Shown piece by piece: positions 20,033 through 28,551 of a stretch of 55,063 nucleotides of DNA (position 1 is its first letter; every line of letters begins with the position of its first letter). The notes under the pieces were generated by a model. That model searched no databases, was not told the origin of the DNA, and saw nothing but the letters and a program-made list of their open reading frames with translations. Made by a program: the position numbers and the translations under genes. The DNA lies in contig CAZALW010000001.1 in assembly GCA_964485705.1 (NCBI GenBank), positions 1 to 55,063 of the forward strand. The letters are read 5' to 3'. This stretch comes from an uncultured Thiotrichaceae bacterium. GTDB lineage: Bacteria; Pseudomonadota; Gammaproteobacteria; SZUA-229.

Positions 20033-22017
20033 TTTAATACCTCGTCAGAGTGACTGTTTGTTGTTTCTATGGCAGACACACTGGCAAAAAAGTGCTCGAC
20101 ATCGTTAACATCGGAGGTGACTGGCATGGATGGCAAACTGTTCAAAAATATTCTGCCATAGGATTTTTGTTTTAAGCGTGGGTCGCCTATCATTAATACC
20201 CCGGTATCGTTAACATCACGTATCAAGCGACCCACGCCCTGTTTTAACGTTAGCACTGCCTGTGGCACCTGAAATTCCATAAAGGGCTGACCACCATTTT
20301 GTTTTATGGCTTCTATGCGCGCCTGCATAACGGGATCACCTGGTGAAGCAAAAGGCAGTTTATCGATAATTACGCAGGATAAACTTTCCCCTCGCACATC
20401 AACCCCTTCCCAGAAACTTGAGGTACCTAAAAGAATGGCGTTATCGGTTTGGCGAAATTTTTCCAGCAATTGATGTTTCGGAAAATCACCTTGCATCAGC
20501 AATTCATAAGGCAGCATCTGTTGTTTTAGATAATCATACGCTTTATGCATGGCGTAATAACTGGTAAACAATATAAACGCCCTGCCCTGACTGGCATGCA
20601 ACACCGGAATAGCGGCTTGCATTAGCAATTTTGTGTAGGAAGGATCAGCAGGCTGCGGCAGCTTATCGGGCAAATACAGCAGGCTTTGTTTTTCATAATT
20701 AAAAGGACTATCCCAGACACCGCTTTGGTAATCTTCCAGACCAATATTATTGGCAAAATGACTAAATTGTTTATTTACCTGCAAAGTCGCTGAGGTGAAA
20801 ATCCAGCTACTGGAAAAATTGTCGGTATGTTGCTGAAAAATACTGGCTATATCAATCGGGGTGGCATGTAACATAAAACTTTTCGGGTAGGTTTCATACC
20901 ATAAAATACTTGAATTTAACTTAGATTGCTCTGAATCGGCTTCTGTGGTTTTTTCAAGATTCAGAAAGCTTTTAAGGCGCGGCATTATATTTTGTGCCCG
21001 TTCATAACATTGCTCTAAACCACGCGCTCGCTCTGCCGCTATTTTTAAAACCGCGATTAAATCTTCCAGGCTTGAAGCAAGACTGGCCAGGGATGTTTTT
21101 ACCGCTGGTTTATTCTGCACTTTTGACCAGGTTTCACGCAGTCCGGCTTCACCTAAAACCAGCCTGAAATCACGCGCTGCTTTTTCCAGGGCTTCTGCAT
21201 AATCACGCAACTCAATCATATCCGAAGCATCATTCACCTGTTCGGCAATGGTATCTCGCACCAGTGAAATAAGGTGGCGAGAGCTAATGGTATCGCCAAA
21301 AAACCGTGCAGCAACGTCATACAACTGATGAGCTTCATCAATAACAAAGGCATCAGCATTGGGCAGCAGTTCAGCAAAACCTTCATTTTTCAAGGTCATA
21401 TCAGCCAGTAATAAATGATGATTAATCACCACCACATCGGCTGCCTGCGCCCGTTTACGGGCATTTACCACAAAACATTTGTCCCATGAATCGCATTCGC
21501 TGCCTAAACAGTTGTCTGCGGTTGATGTCACCATCGGCCAGACATAAGAATCTTCTGCCAGACTGGTGAGTTCTGCCACATCACCTGATTGAGTCAGTTT
21601 TGACCATTCATCAATTTCGGTAAGTAAACTGCGTGTTTCACGATTGATAAAGCCCAAATGCGGGCTAAGTTTAAGGCGGTGCAAACACAGGTAATTGCTG
21701 CGACCCTTTAATAGCGCAGAGCTTGATTGCACCGCCAGGGCTTTTTTAACACGCGGTAAATCGGTATGAAACAGCTGGTCCTGTAAATGCCGTGTGCCGG
21801 TGGAGATGATGATTTTTTTACCTGATAATAAAGCAGGCACCAGATAAGCAAAGGTTTTACCAATACCGGTACCGGCTTCTGCGGTCAGTGTTTTTCCGCT
21901 TGCGATGGTTTCATCAATCGCATCACACAAAGCCAGTTGATTATCACGCACCTGATAACCGGGAATTTGTTTGCAGAAAGAGCCGGATGGCCCAAGGTAA
22001 TCGGAGGTACGCTTCAT
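20029..22017 (-). CDS. DinG/YoaA-family (XPD-like) ATP-dependent DNA helicase
   Basis: 662 aa. Walker A GTGIGKT, DEAH box (VIDEAHQL), a Cys cluster consistent with an FeS domain, and the C-terminal helicase motif GRLIR. Confidence 0.8.
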   Translation of the reverse strand: MKRTSDYLGPSGSFCKQIPGYQVRDNQLALCDAIDETIASGKTLTAEAGTGIGKTFAYLVPALLSGKKIIISTGTRHLQDQLFHTDLPRVKKALAVQSSSALLKGRSNYLCLHRLKLSPHLGFINRETRSLLTEIDEWSKLTQSGDVAELTSLAEDSYVWPMVTSTADNCLGSECDSWDKCFVVNARKRAQAADVVVINHHLLLADMTLKNEGFAELLPNADAFVIDEAHQLYDVAARFFGDTISSRHLISLVRDTIAEQVNDASDMIELRDYAEALEKAARDFRLVLGEAGLRETWSKVQNKPAVKTSLASLASSLEDLIAVLKIAAERARGLEQCYERAQNIMPRLKSFLNLEKTTEADSEQSKLNSSILWYETYPKSFMLHATPIDIASIFQQHTDNFSSSWIFTSATLQVNKQFSHFANNIGLEDYQSGVWDSPFNYEKQSLLYLPDKLPQPADPSYTKLLMQAAIPVLHASQGRAFILFTSYYAMHKAYDYLKQQMLPYELLMQGDFPKHQLLEKFRQTDNAILLGTSSFWEGVDVRGESLSCVIIDKLPFASPGDPVMQARIEAIKQNGGQPFMEFQVPQAVLTLKQGVGRLIRDVNDTGVLMIGDPRLKQKSYGRIFLNSLPSMPVTSDVNDVEHFFASVSAIETTNSHSDEVLK

Positions 22018-22024
22018 CGTTAGT

Positions 22025-22492
22025 CTAAAAACGTTTTAAAGATTCAAGTTTCTGGTTGGCATGATTGTAGGCTGTTTCATCATCTAAAACCATGCTTGCA
22101 TCGCGTATAAATGACCAGTTCAGTAATTGTAATTCAGCGTCTGAAAAGGCAAAACTATTGCTGCGTTTAGCCATCTGTACTGCACGCTCGGGTGCGTTCT
22201 CCTGTAACGCCAACCAGGACAAACGACTCCATGCAGGCGCATATTGCGGTTTGATGCGTAGTATGCGTTCAAGTTTGTCTGTCGCGGCATCAAACTCCTG
22301 ATTTATTATTAGTGTATCAACGTCATCCAGCAAACTGTTTATCGCACCATTGCCAATAGAGGGGTTCATTTGCCAGGCATTAAATTGATAATTTCCCGGC
22401 TGTTCAACAGCGGTGTCAATAATAAACTTTTCTGTTGAAGCACACGAAGCCAGTAACAGTAATAAAAACAGGCTGGATAATAGTCGATACAA
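22025..22492 (-). CDS. TPR-repeat lipoprotein
   Basis: TTG start at 22492 preceded by GGAG. Signal peptide with lipobox (LLLLASC). TPR-like C-terminal region. The ORF-track extension to 22714 reads through a repeat element and a duplicated copy of the same start region. Confidence 0.6.
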   Translation of the reverse strand: MYRLLSSLFLLLLLASCASTEKFIIDTAVEQPGNYQFNAWQMNPSIGNGAINSLLDDVDTLIINQEFDAATDKLERILRIKPQYAPAWSRLSWLALQENAPERAVQMAKRSNSFAFSDAELQLLNWSFIRDASMVLDDETAYNHANQKLESLKRF

Positions 22493-22529
22493 AACGTAAA
22501 ACTCCGAGGTTAATTCAAGGGCATCTTTT

Positions 22530-22683
22530 CTCGTTACCACGCACTGCGTGGTAATGCAGCGATTAACGCACCAGCGTTTCTGTAGAGACAGAGACAAGGC
22601 ATGCCTTGTCTCTACGTGCCTTGTTGCATCCCGTAACGCTGGTGCGTTAGCTACTGCGTTACCACGCGGTGCGTGGTAACGAG
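22530..22683. mobile_element. REPIN/MITE-like element, family D (copy D1)
   Basis: Terminal inverted repeats CTCGTTACCACGCACTGCGTGGTAATGCA / ...TTACCACGCGGTGCGTGGTAACGAG. Each end is itself a 9-bp-stem palindrome. Confidence 0.8.
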
Positions 22684-22746
22684 ATAAAAACAAACTGGAT
22701 AATAGTCGATACAAAGTACAAGACTCCGGGGTTCATTTTAAGGGCA
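22684..22746 (-). pseudogene. duplicated copy of the lipoprotein gene 5' UTR, RBS, TTG start and first ~10 codons
   Basis: Roughly 80% identical by eye to 22462-22523. The two copies are separated by repeat element D1. Confidence 0.7.
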
Positions 22747-22770
22747 GTAATTTTGGCTTGTAAAAAAATT

Positions 22771-25176
22771 CTAGTCAAACAAATCAAAAAACCAGTTAGA
22801 CTTTTTACTCTTTACACAGTCACTCTGCTGGCGTGGTTGCGTGCCATCAATAAAAAGCAATTCTACCGCATTTTCACAGCTTTTCTTTGTCAACAGACCA
22901 TCTTTTCCGTCAATCCAGTGTTTTGATAAACCGGGCATTTCAGGCAAGATATACGGTTTGTAAGCGATGTCTTTGACTATGTTTTGCCATATTTTCATTG
23001 CCCCGGTTGAACCGGTCAGTGATGTTGACCGGTTGTCATCATAGCCCGTCCACACGACTGCAACAATATCGCCTGAAAAACCTGCAAACCAGCTATCTCT
23101 AAAATCGTCAGAGGTTCCAGTTTTACCCGCAACCTGAATAGTCAGGTCTTTTGATAACTGTTTTGCCGTACCGTATTGAGTGACATCGATGAGTGCTGAA
23201 TTTATCAGTGCAACCGCTTTGGGTTTAACCGCGTTTTTTACTTCAAGCGAATAGCGTTCTAGCGGCTGTTTATTTTTATCTAACACCGCAAACACACTTC
23301 TTAACGGACTATGAAAACCATTCGCCGACAGGCTTTGGTAAATCCCCGCCACTTCCATTGGCGACATATCGACCGCACCCAGTGCTAGTGAGGGATATGC
23401 AGTGATCTGCTGATCTGCACCTAAATCGGCAAGTGTCTTTATCACTTTATCAAGACCCACATCCAAACCGGTGCGCGCGGCTGGAATATTGTAAGAATTA
23501 AGTAATGACTCATATAAAGTCACTTCACCCCGATATTTTTTATCAAAATTTTTCGGCTGCCAGGCAGGCTGATTTGTCTGTTTAAAAATAAACTCAGTAT
23601 CATCCAGTATAGATGCCAGCGAATAGCCTAAGCCACTCTCTAAAGCACTTAGATAGAGCACCGGTTTGATTAACGATCCGATGGGGCGCTGTGCATTTAT
23701 TGCTCGGTTAAAGCCCTTAAAAGTGGGGTTTCTATCGCCAACTACCGCCAGCACATCACCGTTTAAAGGCGAAACCACCACGGCTGCTGCCTGTAACATT
23801 CTATTTTTAGCCAGCATCGGCAAGGTGGTTTTTATTGCCTGTTCTGTCTCAAACTGAATATACGGATCTAGCGTGGTAAAAACCCGCAATCCCTCAGAAC
23901 TTAAATCTTCGGCCTGGTAATCCTGCTGTAACTGAAGTTTTACTACATCAATAAAAGCGGGATACAAACCTGCTTTTGCATGTTTAACGGTAACAACAGC
24001 TTTATCTGCCAGTTTTTTTGACTGACGTGTCGTGATCAATCCAGATGATTCCATAGTATTGAGCACGAGATTTCGTCGCTGTTTTGCATTTTCCGGATTA
24101 CGTTTAGGGTTGTAATAAGAAGCGCCTTTAACCATGCCGACCAGGGTTGCCATTTCATCAATGGATAATTTTTTTAATGCTTTGCCAAAATAAAATTCAC
24201 TGGCAAGGCCAAAGCCATGAATAGCGCGGCGACCATCCTGCCCCAGATATATTTCATTTAAATAGGTTTCTAAAATGAGTTTTTTATCATAATGAAACTC
24301 CAGTAGCAAAGACATAAAAGCTTCATTAATTTTGCGAATTAACTTTTGCTCCTGACTAAGAAACAAATTTTTCACCAACTGTTGGGTCAGGGTACTACCG
24401 CCCTGCACCGTTTTACCTGCGTAAAAATTGGCCATCACCGCTCTGGCAATTGATTTAGGATCCACCCCCCCATGTGTAAAAAATCGCCTGTCTTCAATTA
24501 ATAAAAGCATTTTTATAAACATATCAGGCACGTCATCCAGTTTGAGTAAAACCCTGTCCTGAGAATGTGCAGGGAAAATACCGGTCAGATAACCGGCATC
24601 AAAACGCACCAGATTTGTATTTTTACCGGTATAAATATCAATCAGATCTGTGACCGTATTATTTTCAATGGTAACGCGAATGGTATGCGCAGGTTCAGTA
24701 CCATCCCAAAAAGTAAAACTTCGCGTTTTTATTTCAAAAGCATTTTTCCAATGCCTATATTGAGCAACTTGTTGCGGTAACTGGTCAATTTTTTGATAAT
24801 TCAAATATTCAAGTTCAAACTTTAACTGCTCAATCGAAATGGATTTACCAACAAACAGCTCCAGTGGTCGCGCATAGACATGTGCGGGCAATTGCCAGAT
24901 ACGACCTTCAAAACGCTGAGTAATGCGTTGGTCGAGAACAAATAAATAAGCGATAAAAACGATCAAGCTCAACGAAAACAGCGAAACAATAACTGAACGT
25001 TTGAAAAAGACTTTTTTTGTAACGGAAGAACGCCTGGAAGTTGATTTTTTACGGGAAACCCGTTTCTTTGGTTGACGTTTTTTTGACGACCCCGCTTTTG
25101 CCCTGCTCGATTTTGTTGCTGTGGTTTTTTTATTGGACGCAGTTGTCGTTGTCGTTTTCTTTTTCTTTGCTGGCAT
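22771..25176 (-). CDS. mrcB: penicillin-binding protein 1B (bifunctional glycosyltransferase/transpeptidase)
   Basis: 801 aa. Lys-rich cytoplasmic tail and a TM helix. GT51 motif EDRRFFTHGGVD. Transpeptidase SxxK (SLIK) and KTGT motifs. Confidence 0.85.
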   Translation of the reverse strand: MPAKKKKTTTTTASNKKTTATKSSRAKAGSSKKRQPKKRVSRKKSTSRRSSVTKKVFFKRSVIVSLFSLSLIVFIAYLFVLDQRITQRFEGRIWQLPAHVYARPLELFVGKSISIEQLKFELEYLNYQKIDQLPQQVAQYRHWKNAFEIKTRSFTFWDGTEPAHTIRVTIENNTVTDLIDIYTGKNTNLVRFDAGYLTGIFPAHSQDRVLLKLDDVPDMFIKMLLLIEDRRFFTHGGVDPKSIARAVMANFYAGKTVQGGSTLTQQLVKNLFLSQEQKLIRKINEAFMSLLLEFHYDKKLILETYLNEIYLGQDGRRAIHGFGLASEFYFGKALKKLSIDEMATLVGMVKGASYYNPKRNPENAKQRRNLVLNTMESSGLITTRQSKKLADKAVVTVKHAKAGLYPAFIDVVKLQLQQDYQAEDLSSEGLRVFTTLDPYIQFETEQAIKTTLPMLAKNRMLQAAAVVVSPLNGDVLAVVGDRNPTFKGFNRAINAQRPIGSLIKPVLYLSALESGLGYSLASILDDTEFIFKQTNQPAWQPKNFDKKYRGEVTLYESLLNSYNIPAARTGLDVGLDKVIKTLADLGADQQITAYPSLALGAVDMSPMEVAGIYQSLSANGFHSPLRSVFAVLDKNKQPLERYSLEVKNAVKPKAVALINSALIDVTQYGTAKQLSKDLTIQVAGKTGTSDDFRDSWFAGFSGDIVAVVWTGYDDNRSTSLTGSTGAMKIWQNIVKDIAYKPYILPEMPGLSKHWIDGKDGLLTKKSCENAVELLFIDGTQPRQQSDCVKSKKSNWFFDLFD

Positions 25177-25393
25177 TGGCTGGTTATGGTTATAGAAAAG
25201 GCAGGGAAGGTTTTTGTAGAAATGGTAATGTTATCACCATAAGATACAGGTGTTCAAAAGAATGGTGACCCGGGTAGTGGTCAGATAGTGGGGTAGATAA
25301 TTCTGCTAGATAATTCTGCTTGCCCCTGTTCGTACTGTTCACCTCCTCTATTAATTCGGTAAAACTGAGCAAACCGTAAGGGTTAAAAAATAC

Positions 25394-25439
25394 CTGTTTA
25401 AAACCCGAAAAAGTGCTACTGTTAAACAATGTTAAACAA
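25394..25439 (+). promoter_or_regulatory. candidate operator of the RHH/ParE module
   Basis: Tandem TGTTAAACAA x2 (25420-25439) directly before the RBS, plus an upstream inverted-like TGTTTAAAAC (25394-25403). Confidence 0.35.
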
Positions 25440-25451
25440 AAGAGGTGCGTC

Positions 25452-25718
25452 ATGCTAGGTGTCCGATTAGAACCAGAACTGGAGCAGCGTCTGACGATAT
25501 TAGCGAAAAAAACAAAACGATCAAAAAGCTATCTTACTAAGGAAGCCCTGCGAGATTATATTGACCGATTAGAAAACCAGGAGAAACGACGACAAGAAAC
25601 ACTGGATCGCTGGGAGGCTTATGAACTAACGGGTAAAACGGTTGATCATAATTTGATGGCTAGTTGGTTAGAGTCCTGGGGCGATGATAAGGAAAAACCA
25701 TGCCCGACTACAAAATAG
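25452..25718 (+). CDS. ribbon-helix-helix (CopG/ParD-like) antitoxin
   Basis: ATG at 25452 preceded by AGAGGTG. N-terminal MLGVRLEPELEQRL..AKKTKRSKSYLTKEAL is a typical RHH motif. Overlaps the downstream toxin gene. Confidence 0.75.
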   Translation: MLGVRLEPELEQRLTILAKKTKRSKSYLTKEALRDYIDRLENQEKRRQETLDRWEAYELTGKTVDHNLMASWLESWGDDKEKPCPTTK

Positions 25719-25999
25719 AATGGTTATCCGAAGCAGCAAATGACGTAATCAGACTGAGAGAGTTCATAAATAAAGAAAATCCTCTAGCTGCAAAAAACGC
25801 TGGTCATCGAATTCTTAGTGCAGTTGATTTACTGACAAAAAATCCAGAGGCAGGAATGCCAAGCCCTGACCAAGACTGTGAATCGTTTAGAGACTTATAT
25901 GCTCCCTTTGGTAAAGGAGGATACACAATTCGTTATCGCATCAAACAACAGATAATTGTTATCGTTCGCGTCTGGCACAGCCGAGAAGATCGCGCTTAA
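25700..25999 (+). CDS. RelE/ParE-family toxin
   Basis: 99 aa with a ParE-like pattern, including the C-terminal VRVWHSREDR. Overlaps the RHH gene by 19 nt. Confidence 0.75.
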   Translation: MPDYKIEWLSEAANDVIRLREFINKENPLAAKNAGHRILSAVDLLTKNPEAGMPSPDQDCESFRDLYAPFGKGGYTIRYRIKQQIIVIVRVWHSREDRA

Positions 26000-26093
26000 T
26001 TAATACCCATATGAAATTTATGACCAGACAGGATTGGTTTGTTAACATAAGGATCCCGTATTCAACCAAAGCTTCTATCGCTAATTAAACCTC

Positions 26094-27572
26094 ATGCCCC
26101 TTGACTACCAGACCCTTGAGGCACTCAGGCAAAACCACCCTGCCTGGCGTTTGCTTACCAGCCCTCATGCACCTTTAATAGCCAGTTTTTTATCGATGGT
26201 TTTTGTCGATAAAAATGTACGGGTGATGCCGCAGGCCGATTTGATAGAAGCACTGGAAGATGAATTATTTCATTTGCGGGAAATACTGGGCGACGATGCG
26301 TTTCCTAAATCTGCGCTAAATTATTTGAATGACTGGGCAGCAGCAGAAAAAGGCTGGCTACGAAAATTCTATCGCCAGGATTCTGATGAGGTACAGTTCG
26401 ACTTAACCCCGGCAACCGAAAAAGCCATCGCCTGGCTGGAGAATCTCAGCCAGCGTAACTTCATCGGCACTGAATCACGATTACTGACATTGTTTGAATT
26501 GCTGCGCCAGCTCAGCGAAGGCAGCGATGACGATCCACAAAGCCGCTTGCAGGAATTGCAAAAACGTCGTGAAACCATTGATGCTGAAATTGCACAGGTG
26601 GCGCTGGGCAATGTCACCCTGCTGGATGACACCGCTTTAAAAGACCGTTTCATGCAATTTAACCAGCAGGCTCGCGAATTGCTTTCTGACTTTCGCGAAG
26701 TTGAACATAATTTCCGCCAGCTTGATCGCCGCGTGCGTGAGCGCATTGCCAGTTGGGATGGTAAAAAAGGTGAATTATTGAGTGAAATCATGGGCGAGCG
26801 CGATGCCATTGCTGATTCCGATCAAGGTGCCAGCTTTCGTGCCTTTTGGGACTTCCTGATGTCACCCCAGCGTCAGCAAGAATTCAGCGAACGGCTGGAT
26901 AAAGTGCTGACATTATCAGCGATAGTGGAATTAAAACCCGACAAACGTACGCGCCGCATACATCACGACTGGCTTGAAGCCGGTGAATTCACACAACGCA
27001 CAGTGGCACAGTTATCCCAGCAATTACGCCGTTTTCTTGACGATCAGGCATGGCTGGAAAATCGCCGTATTATGGATATTCTGCATGGCATTGAAAGCAA
27101 AACCCTGCAAATGCGAGACAATCTATTTGCCTCACCTACTAGCAATGAATTTATCAGCATTGACGCTTTATCCAGCAGTATCGAACTGCCCATGGAACGG
27201 CCACTATACCGCCCGCCAGTCAAACCAAAAATCACCAATATCCTGTTGCAGGACGGTGATGAAAATCTTGATGCCAGCGCTCTATACAGCCAGAGCGTTG
27301 TCGACAAGGCTGCCATTGCCAGTCATATTCGCCAGTCTTTACAGCAACACTCACAGGTATTGCTGTCTGAGTTATGCCAGACACAACCGCTAAAACAGGG
27401 ATTGGCTGAACTTCTTGCCTACCTTGAACTTGGCAATGAAGACGGCTCTGGCGGACGCTTTACACTGCTGATTAACGATGAAATTGAAGATATAATCAGC
27501 TGGACAGGCGAAGATGAAAAACAACGCCGGGTTAGAATGCCACGTATGATTTATTTGCGTCCTGCAGGCTGA
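26094..27572 (+). CDS. jetA: Wadjet JetA (DUF3375-like, kleisin-type subunit; MksB-like)
   Basis: 492 aa. The N-terminal pattern (PAWRLL...PLI.SFL...F....V.....L...L...L..LR.....FP..A..YL.DW......WLRKFY...SDE..FDLTPA.EKAI.WL..L....FIGTESRL) matches my recollection of DUF3375. First gene of a four-gene operon with the typical Wadjet size order. Confidence 0.85.
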   Translation: MPLDYQTLEALRQNHPAWRLLTSPHAPLIASFLSMVFVDKNVRVMPQADLIEALEDELFHLREILGDDAFPKSALNYLNDWAAAEKGWLRKFYRQDSDEVQFDLTPATEKAIAWLENLSQRNFIGTESRLLTLFELLRQLSEGSDDDPQSRLQELQKRRETIDAEIAQVALGNVTLLDDTALKDRFMQFNQQARELLSDFREVEHNFRQLDRRVRERIASWDGKKGELLSEIMGERDAIADSDQGASFRAFWDFLMSPQRQQEFSERLDKVLTLSAIVELKPDKRTRRIHHDWLEAGEFTQRTVAQLSQQLRRFLDDQAWLENRRIMDILHGIESKTLQMRDNLFASPTSNEFISIDALSSSIELPMERPLYRPPVKPKITNILLQDGDENLDASALYSQSVVDKAAIASHIRQSLQQHSQVLLSELCQTQPLKQGLAELLAYLELGNEDGSGGRFTLLINDEIEDIISWTGEDEKQRRVRMPRMIYLRPAG

Positions 27573-27575
27573 TAA

Positions 27576-27640
27576 CTAGGAGCTTGTCCGAGAATAGAAA
27601 TCGTAGCGAAAATCACAAAGAAGCCATAAGGTGAGTTGCC
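27576..27640. mobile_element. family B element, left half only (B3)
   Basis: CTAGGAGCTTGTCCGAGAATAGAAATCGTAGCGAAAA... starts 3 nt after the jetA stop. The right terminus is missing and the element abuts element C. Confidence 0.65.
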
Positions 27641-27752
27641 CTCGTTCACACGCTCCCGCGTGGGAATGCATACTAAACGCTCCACTGACACTGGTAAGTA
27701 TGTGGCTAACAAACAGCAGGTATGCATTCCCACGCAGGAGCGTGGGAACGAG
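27641..27752. mobile_element. REPIN/MITE-like element, family C (related architecture to D)
   Basis: Termini CTCGTTCACACGCTCCCGCGTGGGAATGCATAC ... GTATGCATTCCCACGCAGGAGCGTGGGAACGAG. Confidence 0.75.
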
Positions 27753-27754
27753 AA

Positions 27755-27845
27755 CAAGATATAATCAGCTGGACAGGCGAAGATGAAAAACAATGCCGGG
27801 TTAAAATGCCGCGTATAATTTATTTACCTGCTGCAGGGTTGATGA
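27755..27845 (+). pseudogene. relic duplicate of the jetA 3' end
   Basis: 75/84 nt identical to 27486-27569 by hand alignment. Sits between a repeat insertion and jetB. Confidence 0.8.
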
Positions 27846-27882
27846 ACATTTATCGTAACTTCTCAATACATATAAAACGCAA

Positions 27883-28551
27883 ATGCAAACAAAAAACCAA
27901 AACCCTTCCAGCGAAAACACAGCCACAGCGCAGACCGACCTGAGCCGCCTGCTGGTGGTATTATTAAAAGGCATTCTGTATAAGGAAGACGACAGCAAAC
28001 GCTGGGCTGATTTGCTGGAACTGCAAAACCAGGTGAGAGATTATGTGTCCATTATCGGGCTGGAATTACACCTGGATGAGGCAGAAGCTTATGCCTTTTT
28101 ACGCAGCCATCAGGAAGACGATGAAGACACCGAAACCAGTGACCCTGGTCAGATAAACAACTCAGGCAATGCCATTCCACGCCTGATAAGCCGCAGACAA
28201 CTGTCTTTCCCGGTCAGTTTGCTGCTGGCATTGTTGCGAAAAAAGCTGGCAGAATTTGATGCCACCGGTGGCGATACCCGGCTGATTTTAAGCCGCGACA
28301 ACATGGTTAATCTAATCCGGCTATTCCTGCCCATTAGTAGCAACGAAGCCAAACTGGTGGATCAAATCGAACGCCATATAAACAAAATAGTAGAGCTGGG
28401 TTTTTTGCGGCGCTTAAAATCAGCCACAGCAGGCAGCCAGCCCAGTTACGAAGTACGGCGAATTATCCAGGCCTTTGTCGATGCAGAATGGCTGGCAGAA
28501 TTTGATGCTAAACTTGAAAGCTATCGACAACTGTTAAACAACAATGACTAA
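27883..28551 (+). CDS. jetB: Wadjet JetB (DUF4194-like; MksE-like)
   Basis: 222 aa. LLKGILYKEDD..W..LL.....VRDY....GLEL.LDEAE.YAFLR matches the DUF4194 pattern. Its stop overlaps the jetC start by 8 nt. Confidence 0.85.
   Translation: MQTKNQNPSSENTATAQTDLSRLLVVLLKGILYKEDDSKRWADLLELQNQVRDYVSIIGLELHLDEAEAYAFLRSHQEDDEDTETSDPGQINNSGNAIPRLISRRQLSFPVSLLLALLRKKLAEFDATGGDTRLILSRDNMVNLIRLFLPISSNEAKLVDQIERHINKIVELGFLRRLKSATAGSQPSYEVRRIIQAFVDAEWLAEFDAKLESYRQLLNNND

Noticed and set aside
22493-22714. N-terminal 74-codon extension of the lipoprotein ORF (ORF track 22025..22714).
   Set aside because: The extension is a translation through REPIN-like element D1 and a duplicated start region. It would bury the lipobox signal peptide. 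The TTG at 22492, which has its own GGAG, is the more plausible start.
25190-25453. 87-aa minus-strand ORF upstream of the TA pair.
   Set aside because: No recognisable motif, RBS or family. It overlaps the repeat-rich promoter/operator region. Left uncalled, though it cannot be excluded.
27852-27885. Alternative upstream start for jetB at the ATG at 27842/27852 within the relic region.
   Set aside because: It is not in frame with the jetB ORF. The in-frame ATG at 27883 gives an N-terminus of normal length before the conserved LLKGILYK segment.
27551-27943. ORFs 27551..27793 (-) and 27722..27943 (+) between jetA and jetB.
   Set aside because: They translate the palindromic B/C repeat elements and the relic jetA 3' end (EQDIISWTGEDEKQCRVKMPRIIYLPAAG...). 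There is no independent coding signal.
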